Shown in pieces: positions 53,481-64,000 of a stretch of 64,000 bases of DNA. The position numbers and the translations under genes are program-made. The notes beneath the pieces were generated by a model. That model saw only the letters and a list, made by a program, of their open reading frames with translations. It was not told the origin of the DNA and did not search any database. The DNA is from Octopus vulgaris (lineage: Eukaryota), in the NCBI GenBank assembly GCA_951406725.2, contig OX597830.1, positions 38,626,001 through 38,690,000 on the forward strand. The letters are read 5' to 3'. Each line of letters begins with the position of its first letter. The first letter of the stretch is position 1.

Positions 53481-54329
53481 CACCGTAGTCGTTCTGTCGT
53501 TTTGTGAGGCTTTTTAGCATGAGGATATTTTGATTACTATTTCAATATTAAACTATCGTTTAATATTGTCATAATTATAAAGATTTTTACATCTGGTTTC
53601 GGTAGATCCTAAATGATTGAGATAATGTTACCAATTCCCTGCTGGGGTCTATTTCTTCCTCTCATAACTGTTTGCACGTGGCTCTTTTAATTTTCCCAAC
53701 ATTAAAATTAAATATGTGAATGCTAATTAAATGTACCAAGATATATCCTCCAAACATTATGTAAGTAGCAGTTACACGCATAACAATATTATTATAAAGC
53801 AGACGACATTTGACAAGTCTATTACTTTAAGTACCTGTAAATTAAGTTAACTACAAATATATTTTGTGTTGTAAGTGCAATATATATTTGAACTTACGTA
53901 TTTAAACATGTATTTCTAAATAAGCCAAGGAACAATCTTACAAAACTATCTAATTACCAAACATTAACTAAGGACTTACTGGTAATAAACAGTTTCCATG
54001 TCCATGTTACCAACAAAGTAACTTAGCCAGTTGCAACTTTGTTCACATGAGATGACATAGTTCAGACAAATTAAATAGATTCTAGATGTCTTCTTTTTCT
54101 TCTGTGAATAGTTCAGTCTAAATTATCGAGTGGTGAAGTGTTCATTAGTGAAACCTAGACATGTTCAAAGAGAAATATTTACAACCAAGGGATAAAAAGT
54201 TGGGTAGAAAACCAGAGCTGTAACTCGATTTAGTGACAAATCGAAGACAATAATTAATTCTATAATGATGATGTTGATGATGGTGGTGGTGGTAGTGTTG
54301 TGTTAAAGATGATGATTGTGATGATGAGC

Positions 54330-54700
54330 TCGGATAACAGGAAATCTAAAAAGGAGAGAAATTCAAGAAATAGTGCTGATGGGAACTGCGCATATCCTAC
54401 GTAAGATTTTGTCTACGTAGTCTCAAAAGTATTTTATTCCGGAAATAGTGTCAAAATACTTTTAAATGTACATAACAGCAAACGCCTTTTACTGCCACCA
54501 CAACAACAGACTATTATCTTATCATCAATTTACTTTTAGAACACACTTCTAATTTAATTATGGTTTGAGAAATATTCTCTGGAACAAAACTCGGTGCAAA
54601 GCCAAATAAATGGCAATGCAGTCATAACACCAACTTGAACGTCTAACTTGTTGTTGTTTCTTGAGGTCTCTCAGTGAGATTGAGATTCAACTTGTACAAA
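54330..54700 (+). mobile_element. R4/Dong-clade LINE extreme 3' end and UTR, ending in (TAA)n
   Basis: ITGNLKRREIQEIVLMGTAHILRKILST*; (TAA)n at about 54700-54810. Confidence 0.7.
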
Positions 54701-54722
54701 TAATAATAATAATAATAATAAC

Positions 54723-54810
<88 letters not shown>

Positions 54811-55882
54811 TCAACAACAACAATAATATTAATAAAATAATGAGGTCGATAATTATTGCAGTTATGTGAATTCATTCATTATTTCTCGATCTCCATTAGT
54901 GTCACAGGATGATGGTAGATTAAAAAGGAACATGGTCTGGGAAGGGTAAGAAGAGAGATTGACCATTGAGTGAAGACGAATTAAGCACGATCTCTTCTAT
55001 CAGTGTTTAGCATATGTGAGCGGCTATTCAACAGTGTCCTAGTTAGCCTTCCAACCGTGTATTAAACTAGAGATTACATGAAAATCAAAGTAAATATCTT
55101 TTTCACGAATTTGTTCCATCTTCCGATGGATTGAGATATAGAAATGATTTAAAGAAGCTAATATCAAATCTAAATCATGGACAACTGTAATCGATATTCA
55201 CCCAATAGAAAATAGAGGAACAAGAAGTCGAATTTTAAATTGACAAGTGTCTATCACTCAGAAACCACATTGGAAATAAATTAAGCTTAACAGAAAATTA
55301 CGACTACTTAACTTCCTTCTCCTCTTTCTCTCTCTCTCCTCTCTAACATATATATATATACATACATACATACATATATATACATATATATATAAATGTA
55401 CAATCACACACATACGTATATATATATATATGTATATATATATATGCGCCCAAGTATGTATGTGTATATGTAAGTACGTATGTATAAACGTGTGCATGTA
55501 TATGTACGGGTGAATAAGTGTCTAAATACTTACAAAAGGTATTATAATGTTCGAAATGGAATCTTGAATCTTTAAGATATTTAGTATAGAAAAATTGAAA
55601 ACTTTCCTTAAAAGCTATATGGTAACATTAGAGCGTGTTTTCTTGGCCACCTTCACATAATAGTGTCAATAATTACCCGGAAAATATGTATGAAGTTTAG
55701 AAGCTTCCATTGTACATGCGTTTCAGATTAAGATACTCTGCCAAATTAAATGAAAATATAAGATTCCTCCATAATCAGATAATATTGGCTTTAGGTTCTA
55801 TTGCTACATTTTTTGTTCAATTCTTTCGATATAAACTTATTTTATTCAGCAAGCCATTTAATTATTTTACATTCAGATGTCA

Positions 55883-55883
<1 letters not shown>

Positions 55884-55942
<59 letters not shown>

Positions 55943-55961
55943 TATATACATATATGTATAT

Positions 55962-56014
<53 letters not shown>

Positions 56015-56049
56015 TACATATATACATATTTGCATATATACATATGTAC

Positions 56050-56114
<65 letters not shown>

Positions 56115-56345
56115 CTTATATACATATATGTATACATAGATATAGAAATATATATATACATATATATATATATATGTATAAATATATATCTATACTTATG
56201 TATATACATATATATGTATATTTATATACATATATGTATATATGTATATATATATACATACATATTTAAATATGTGTGTGTATGTATTATGTAGGTATGC
56301 ACGTATGTATATATGTATGTATATATGTATGTATGCATATATATC
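55884..56345. repeat. Long interrupted (TA)n/(TATG)n microsatellite
   Basis: Direct reading. Confidence 0.95.
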
Positions 56346-57860
56346 GAATAAATGTCTAAATGTTCCTGGTAGGAATTACACTTCTATACGTTCCTGGCAT
56401 GACTCAAATTTCTCAACATAATAACAATCGAAGCCGAATTATATCTACCGAAGAGAGAACATATTTTAACATTCGCTGCGATGATATTTAAAATATGAGC
56501 AAGAAATAAAAGAAATAAATCCAAGAAATCGAAATCTCATGAGACAACAACGGAAGTCATTAAACTAACTTTGTAGCTAATTAATTTATTTTTAGCTCTA
56601 ATTAAAATAATTAGTTCACTGATAATTGAATGTTGAAGTGTATTTGTGGCACAGATTGTATTCATTACTATTTATTTTTAATTCTGAATTATTGCTGAGC
56701 TATGGTCTTTAGTGATAGAGGATATTATCTCTGGAATTCTTCATCGCTTTTCTGTATAAAAACATATGCCCATGTAGATTTCACCTTGCTGAAGATTTTT
56801 CGAAGATTTCTAAAATGTGCAAAGCCATTTGAATAGATAAACTGAGATATGTAGAGAAAATTTCATGTGTTTGATTTCGGAAGTTAACACAGTTCCTTTT
56901 GTTTGTATTAATGCCACTAGTATATCGAGAAAGGCATGTTGCCGAGTGTACTGTGATCCACCTTGATATGCCCCTCAGCGTGTCAGGTATTTTTGATGTC
57001 CATAAAGGGGATAAGAGACCCTAAACAAAATCTTAACTAAGAAAAGGCAGGAAAACGACATTATAAAGATTGCTATTAATCCACAACTTTGGAATATTAC
57101 ATTTATCAATTATAAATCGACGAGAGAATGTAACACGGCAGACCTCAGTATAATGTAATAGTGACAAATCTCTGCCACGGAGTGTTCTACCCAGCGTCTT
57201 ATTTTAATGGTGCCATTGATACAATGTTCTATAAAAATTAAAAACTCCTTCACCACACAAACATCGCAAGTCACTGACCCTGCAGTTTTAGAACTCTTAA
57301 AAATATTGTCCACGAAGGGAACACGTCATAATACTTCTATTTCTACGTAGGAAGTCTACAAAAAAATTCCAGAACATCGAAAGCAAATCCGAATGCCGGC
57401 AATTATAACTAACAACTATAGATTGCTGACTGTAGAGTTATTGTCTTAACATTTTTTTTCGTTTTGTGAACCTGAAAGTATAATGAGTGTTATAAATTTA
57501 CCTACCTCTAAAAGATTGTACTGTAAATCTAATGATAAACGTGTCAGTAGCATTTACGGTTCAAACATGTTTACGTACTAGCGTATTGTCAGCGTGTTGC
57601 CATTAAATCGACATTGACTGTGCTGTCGTGGTTGCATTATGACAGAGGTGTTTGAAGAAACTATTCATATAATTACTTCTAATAAAGTGTAGATATCTTA
57701 CATGTTTCTACTTGAATAATTTCATATAGTGATGAAGTGTTTTGAAAAATTTTATTTTCATTCAGCGCTACTTTCTTAATACTAAGGAGTAGGCTGAATT
57801 AGAAAATTTTCTTTGGCTGGTTGTGATATTCTTCAAAGTTTTTCCTTGAAATGTCTTTTT

Positions 57861-57966
57861 GAATACACTTTCTAAAATATCCTATAACTTTTAAGAATAC
57901 ACTTTCTAAAATATCCTATAACTTTTAAGAATACACTTTCTAAAATATCCTATAACTTTTAAGAAT
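57861..57966. repeat. Perfect 34-bp tandem repeat x3
   Basis: gaatacactttctaaaatatcctataacttttaa at 57861, 57895 and 57929. Confidence 0.95.
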
Positions 57967-59386
57967 CTAGAACTTCATCAAAGAATATGTTCTTGTTTAA
58001 TTTGTGCACTATTCAAAAGCATAAAACAGCAATATAGATGTAGAACCATTAAATCCCAAACATAGTTATACCATTGAAGACAGTCTAGCTAAAACGTCTC
58101 TTTGTAAACCAAACATCACTTCAAGTTCTTACAATAATAGTTTTCCTTCTATGTAAAACTTATTACAAACGTAACGTAAAATGTGATATAAAGGAAATTG
58201 ATTAAGGCTTATAACATGTCATGTAACCGTGTAGAATCTCCGAGTTGATGCGTATTAGTAACCTATTATTTTGTTACATTAAAAGTACCTAAAATCCTAC
58301 TCACTGCATTTATAAATAATATTCTCCCGTGTGAAGTTTGGGAGGTTCCTTCATTTCTACATTATTAAACCAGAATATGTAATACTAATTTATTTTATAT
58401 AGCTTTTTAACTTTAAATTATAGTGTCGAGGATATCTCTGTTTTCTGTGTACAGATAGTTTTCTAAAGACATTGTTTTCATCACAATTCAGTATAAACAT
58501 TCTACTCTGTTACGCATAAAGAACAAAATATCTATTGTGGTTGAATTCCCAGCTTACGCTTTATATCTACGATTATCTTGTGTGTTCATTGTAATAATTT
58601 AAAATACGATAATGGAGAATGGTTATACCTGTTTCCTATAGAGATTCAGATTTGTCAGTGAATTTATGCATGAGCTTCATATATAAATGACGCTTATGTA
58701 AGTTATTCTCATAATGATTGAATCACTTATGCCTTTTGTTTATAGCTAAGTGAGAGCACGTATGATTTCTGGTACTTAAGATTCATGGTAGGTGAGTGAC
58801 AATACGTATGATTTCTGGTAACAAGCTCGACGTCGCCATTGTTGTTCGTAATGAATATTTCATGAACAAGTCCCTATTTCATATGTTTATCAGTATGTCT
58901 TTATATTTACAATTAAACATTCGTCTAAGAACGTTTAAATAGTACTGGTAAGTTATGGAATGAATATTGCGAAAATATTGTGCTATCTGTTGTTATTTTC
59001 GTTTCCGAATAGTTTTCTACGTACTTGGCTTGTAGATTTCTCTCATGAGGGACAGGCTATAATAAAGATAAAGAACGAAGGGTGATAGTTGTCACCTGAG
59101 AACAATTACATTTATGATAATAATGCATTTACATCCCACTCAGCTCATTGGTAAAAGGGATTCTGGGATACTGGTGTTTTGACATGTTGCGTGTGGTCAT
59201 CCAGAAGCAAGCCCCTGTCTTTGAGTCCCCAAAAGAACCACTGAGATATTTTATTGTAATTTCAAGGAACAATCTGTCTGCTGATTAGTACTGATATATG
59301 CCCACTAAAATAAATCGTTATTATGCTTACCTGTGGCGTTCACACCAGCGATTATCCTATTTTTGAGATCTTAATCGCTAGAACAT

Positions 59387-59611
59387 TAAAAAAATAATAA
59401 ATGCGCCCTTCTAAAGCCTAGCCAGGCTAATGGGCCAGGTTTCCCGGTTTCAATGGCGTTACTAATTTTTTGCTAGCTGAGTGGACTGGAGCAATGTGGA
59501 ATGAAGTGTTTTGCTGAAGAACACAACGTGTCACCCGGTCTTGGAATCGAAACCACAATCTTAAGATCATGATGTTGACACCCTAACCAGTATGCCATGC
59601 GCCTCCACAAC
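59387..59611 (-). mobile_element. SINE family C with an 11-bp TSD
   Basis: Reverse complement of the 63895 head; TSD cgctagaacat at 59376-59386 and 59612-59622. Confidence 0.85.
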
Positions 59612-59667
59612 CGCTAGAACATACTGAGAAAAATTATGCTCGTCATTGTTATACATGCATACATACA

Positions 59668-59736
<69 letters not shown>

Positions 59737-59989
59737 GTACTTACATACACACACATGTTTACATATCACTATGGTTTCGACACCTGGGCAGTACCATTCA
59801 ATCCGACGGTGTCACCACCAATAGAGCAAGGGTTGTTTGGGTATAAACATACCTTAATATTAAAAAAAAGTAATTAGGACGGGACTCCAAATAGAATTTT
59901 GACTTCAATAAAAATCAGGTTTGTTTGGTAGTATATATATATACACACAGAAGGAGATATATTTTTAGAATTTACAAAAAACGTGTATA

Positions 59990-60716
59990 TGTGCGTCAAT
60001 GTGGACACTACACGAGTGCGTGTACAACGTTTTCGTCGCTCTGATGGCATCACGGGCAAGTCGGTCCTGTGTATCTCGAACCGTTCCTGCAGAGCGTATT
60101 CCGAACGGTTAATTCTTCTCGATAAGAATGCCAGGCCAGTAATATCTAGTGATTGTCCATAAGTCCCGGCCCGAACAGGCGGGTTAGGTATTCTTCGTCG
60201 ACGCCCAGATTTTGCTCGAGAACGTCGTCGCACCTCCCCTCTACTAATCCTCTACAGAACGACTTTGTGGAATTGAAGTTACACAAGTTTGGTGTTGGAC
60301 GACAGTGTTGCTTGAGAGCAAGGCACCACTCGCCTAGATTCGGTCTCTGTTTCATCCACTACTGCAGTTCGGACAAAGATACGAGCTGTGAGAAAGCGCG
60401 CTGCATATGAAGCGCCGGAGATGTCGCAGTCGCGGCGCATGTCTGCGCATCATCAACCACGGCATGCCTATCCCTCCATTTAGAGGGTGTTGACAGCAAA
60501 TGGATCGCCTAACCATCGAAACGCTTCCCTTCCACATAAAGCAGAAGAATATGCGTTCCAGTTTGGTGATGGTAGGGTCGGGAAAAGGCACGATGGCCAG
60601 ATGGTAATCGATGACGGATGAGATGTACGTGTTCGTCTCCTCCGCCAGACCTTTTAGGGATAGCTTCCTCTCGGCCTATTGCTGAGTGGGAGTTGCCACC
60701 ATGGTCGTTATCTCGC
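59990..60716 (-). mobile_element. Tx1/L1-clade LINE ORF2 C-terminal fragment
   Basis: LSLKG..NTYISSVIDYHL..ITKLERIFFCFMWKG..VRRSICCQHPLNGGIGMP and a CCHC finger TCP*CHQSDENVVHALV*CP; GC-rich; frameshifts. Confidence 0.8.
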
Positions 60717-60718
60717 CC

Positions 60719-60798
<80 letters not shown>

Positions 60799-60850
60799 GG
60801 ATGGATGGATGGATGGATGGATGGATGGATGGATGGATGGATGGATGGAT
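60719..60850. repeat. (AGAT)n(GGAT)n microsatellite
   Basis: Direct reading. Confidence 0.95.
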
Positions 60851-60889
60851 AATTACAACCTTTACAAGTATGAAAACATACCTCAAATT

Positions 60890-61165
60890 CTTTTAATTTA
60901 ATATTTTCAGGGGTTGTTTTGGATACTTTTTCAGCCTCTATCTTTATAATCCCGGAATCAAACGGACATGAGGGTTCAATTGGGGAGCAGTATCACTTTT
61001 CTTTTTACTATTGTTGTATCATGTTTATTTTTTTCTAGATTCTTATCCTTTTGAATAGGAAAATCCCATCAAAGTTTATTTTTCTCCGACTCCAGACCGT
61101 TTTCAACCCAATGATCATACAGCTTTCACAACTTGGTCATGCCTCCATTTATTATATTCCCCCGT
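60890..61165 (-). mobile_element. R4/Dong-clade LINE fragment (zinc-finger end and RLE)
   Basis: EYNKWRHDQVVKAV; KL*WDFPIQKDKNLEKNKHDTTIV; PSCPFDSGIIKIEAEK. Confidence 0.7.
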
Positions 61166-61308
61166 GCCGCCGCCGCCGCCGCCGTCATCATCATCATCAT
61201 CATCATCATCACCACCACCACTACCACCACAAACCACCACCAACACCACCACCACCACCACTACCATCATCATCATCATCATCATCATCATCATTATCAT
61301 CCTTCTTC

Positions 61309-61370
<62 letters not shown>
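61165..61370. repeat. Triplet mosaic (GCC)(ATC)(ACC)(TTC)n
   Basis: Direct reading. Confidence 0.9.
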
Positions 61371-61371
<1 letters not shown>

Positions 61372-61464
61372 TTGAAACAAAGCTCAGGCTTAGTATTATT
61401 CCTGATTGAAGTATGTGGGTAGCGGTGTTACTATATGTATCCTTAGGTATTCATTAATTTTCAG

Positions 61465-61650
61465 CACGCTTCCAAGTGCTTAGAACCCTTCTAATAATCT
61501 TTGCTGTCCTTAAAAGATAAACTTTCCGTAGAAGCTCTGCCGGGCATTCTATTGCAATCTCCTTCAGTCATTTGTCTATGTCTTACTGTTCTCAATGCTC
61601 CAAGCATTATAGGCACGATCTTTTTTTATGCTACATATCCTTCTTTCAAA
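61465..61650 (-). mobile_element. R4/Dong-clade LINE C-terminus
   Basis: IVPIMLGAL..LKEIAIECPAELLRKVYLLRTAKIIRRVLST. Confidence 0.7.
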
Positions 61651-61659
61651 TATTAAAAG

Positions 61660-61692
<33 letters not shown>

Positions 61693-61694
61693 TA

Positions 61695-62420
61695 TTGATT
61701 CTGCACAGCTTCTAACCCTGGAGATGTACTACGGTGCCAGTTGTTCACTACAAGTGAAATACAGTGACACCTCTTATTTTTTTGAGCACCTTCCGGAGTA
61801 TTCGAGCTGTTCCAAGCAGTGCTGTTTTTTGCAACTGTTCCTCTTTTATTGCAACCCCTATTTTCCCATGTACTCTCAAGATTTTTACTCACTGTTCACA
61901 GGGCTCTGACTACTACCTTTTTCAGCGACCGCAACTTCTTAACCTCTCAAGCTAACCGACCAGATCTATCGACTTTCATTTCTTCCTTATCGCATACCTT
62001 GTTGTCAGCTGGGCTTGCTGTATCTATGATCCAGCATCGTTTATTTACTTTCTCAATTAACACTATGCCTGGCTTCCTAATCTCTAACTGATGGTCGCAA
62101 TAAATAATAAAATCCCATAGGATCTTTGCATTATTATTTTCTCAATCACCATTAGGTCTGGTTTCCTATTCTAATCGATCCATGACATAGCTAAGTTAGT
62201 TTTCCTCCTATTGCAATCTCTAAGTACAGTTTTATCTACCAGGAGTTGATCTTTGCTACCTCTGCACTTACGCTTCCAGCACTTCTGCTCATGTGGCAGG
62301 ACTCCATGTTTTCCAGATGTTCGTATATTGACTCTTCTTCTATTCCATGTATAACTTCCACATAAGTGGCATGCATGATATCGGGATGTAATTGTCTCCC
62401 GTATTGCTTTTTCCATTTTT
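61695..62420 (-). mobile_element. Internally deleted R4/Dong-clade LINE (RT start joined to RLE and 3' end), flanked by (TAA)n
   Basis: [42 protein letters not shown]; AKILWDF..DHQLEIRKPGIVLIEK..CWIID; QKTALLGTARILRKVL; (tta)n runs at about 61660-61695 and 62438-62470. Confidence 0.8.
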
Positions 62421-62435
62421 TCAACGTTTCGTAAT

Positions 62436-62470
<35 letters not shown>

Positions 62471-63076
62471 GTTGTTGTTGTTGTTGTTGTTTTTGATGTT
62501 GTTGTTGTTGTTGTTGTTGCTGTTGTTGTTGTTGCTGCTGCTGTGTTGTTATTATTATCATTGTCATCATCGTCATCATCATCATTATCATCGTAGTCGT
62601 TGTTGTCGTCATCTTCATCTCAGCAGCAACAACAGCTTCATAAATAAACACTTTACAGAAAGAAACATGCTTTCATGATGTGAGCCATATCACATTAACA
62701 GAACACGGACAATCCTCTCACCACAGACAGTTGTTTGTGTGTGTGTATTTGTCTAACTGTCTGTCTGTGAGTTCGACTGTGCATGCTCGCGCGTGCATGT
62801 GTTTGTGTGTGCGTTTGAGTATGTGTGTGTATTTTTGTACATGTGTTCGGCTAAAACTAGGAACGCAAAATTCTGTAAGCAATCTATTATAATAATGAGC
62901 TTGTTTATAAGTTTTTCCAAAATCAAGCAATAAGGGAGTAGCAGTGAGTGTAAGTAAGAGTAAAAAAGGGAAGAGACAAAATAGTCTTTCTCTCTCTCAA
63001 CAAATACCTTTTCACTTTATTAATGAATGCTGCATTTCTCTCTTTCTCTCATTCTCTCTCCCTATTTCTCTCCTCC

Positions 63077-63155
<79 letters not shown>

Positions 63156-63253
63156 CAGAGGCACATACACACACACTCTCTCTCTTTCTTTTAACAACAC
63201 TTCGTATTTATTCCATGGACTCTGATTTTATTCTGGTAAACATGAATGACAAT

Positions 63254-63386
63254 ATATAAGATGAGTAAATAAGATTTTTGTACCTCACAATTATTTTTTC
63301 TGTATCTCTATGGATGTTAGACTGTTGTGGAGATGTTTCTCCTTAAAAACCTGCAAAGTTAATAGAATATAAGATGAGTAAATAAG
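63254..63386. repeat. 20-bp direct repeat flanking 93 bp (possible old TSD)
   Basis: atataagatgagtaaataag at 63254-63273 and 63367-63386. Confidence 0.6.
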
Positions 63387-63893
63387 TAGTAATGTTGAAG
63401 TGATAAAATTAAGTTGTTGTCTATTGAAAGAAAGCTTGATAATATTGTCTGTTTAAAGAAAGCTAAGTTAATAAGGAAGGTAATTATAAATATTAACAAA
63501 TACTTGTTGATACAGTGATGTTTGTAAATATTCATAAATGAAGAATTTTACCAAGGCAGTGAAGTTTGCCTTCAAGATCTTTTTACCTTTTCAGGCGGTA
63601 AAGAGTGTGAAAGAGAGGGAGACAGACAGTGATAGAGCGTGTAGACGTTGCTGGAAAAAAGTCTCTGTGTGCATGCTGTTAATGTAATCCTGTGTAATTT
63701 TGGACTTTGTATGGTTAGGTATAGATATATAAACAAACTAACGTACACACAGGCACATATACTCACTTGTTTTGAAGTTTGTTAATTAATAGTGGAGGCG
63801 TGTGGCTTAGTGGTAAGGGTGGTCAGAAAAAAGCAAAGTAATACAATATATCACATTATAGCAAGCATAGGAAAATAAATGGAGGAAAATAAA

Positions 63894-64000
63894 TGGAGGC
63901 GCGTGGCTTAGTGGTTAGCATGTCATCATCATGATCGTAAGATTGTGGTTTCGATTCCTGGACCGGGCGACGCGTTGTGTTCTTCAGCAAAACACTTCAT
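63894..64000 (+). mobile_element. SINE family C head (runs off the window); a short duplicate head lies at about 63793-63820
   Basis: tggaggcgcgtggcttagtggttag (A box)..ggtttcgattcc (B box)..ttgtgttcttcagcaaaacacttcat. Confidence 0.8.

Noticed and set aside
56930-57030. IPFMDI on the minus strand, similar to the PLE RT LPFLDV motif
   Set aside because: Flanking RT motifs not recognisable

Overview
AT-rich eukaryotic (metazoan) intronic or intergenic DNA, dense in microsatellites. The mix of tRNA-derived SINEs, (TA)n/(TAA)n arrays and LINE relics looks like an octopus/coleoid genome (inference from repeat style, not proven). I see no host protein-coding exon; most of the ORF track is microsatellite translation. 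The window is a transposon graveyard: RTE, R4/Dong (several, next to (TAA)n), HERO-like, CR1-like and Tx1/L1 LINE fragments, a Penelope-like GIY-YIG relic, a deleted mariner with TIRs, a Helitron PIF1 relic, a non-autonomous Helitron, a possible Gypsy relic and three SINE families. The most interesting signal is a set of small non-coding modules embedded in (TA)n arrays with hammerhead-ribozyme (HHR) cores and partial-tandem or fold-back architecture. The best is 50696-51489: two identical 192-bp direct repeats (602-bp period) enclosing an apparently intact type I HHR with a very long stem II, i.e. a retrozyme-like / Penelope-dependent circular-RNA retroelement candidate. All calls were made by eye.
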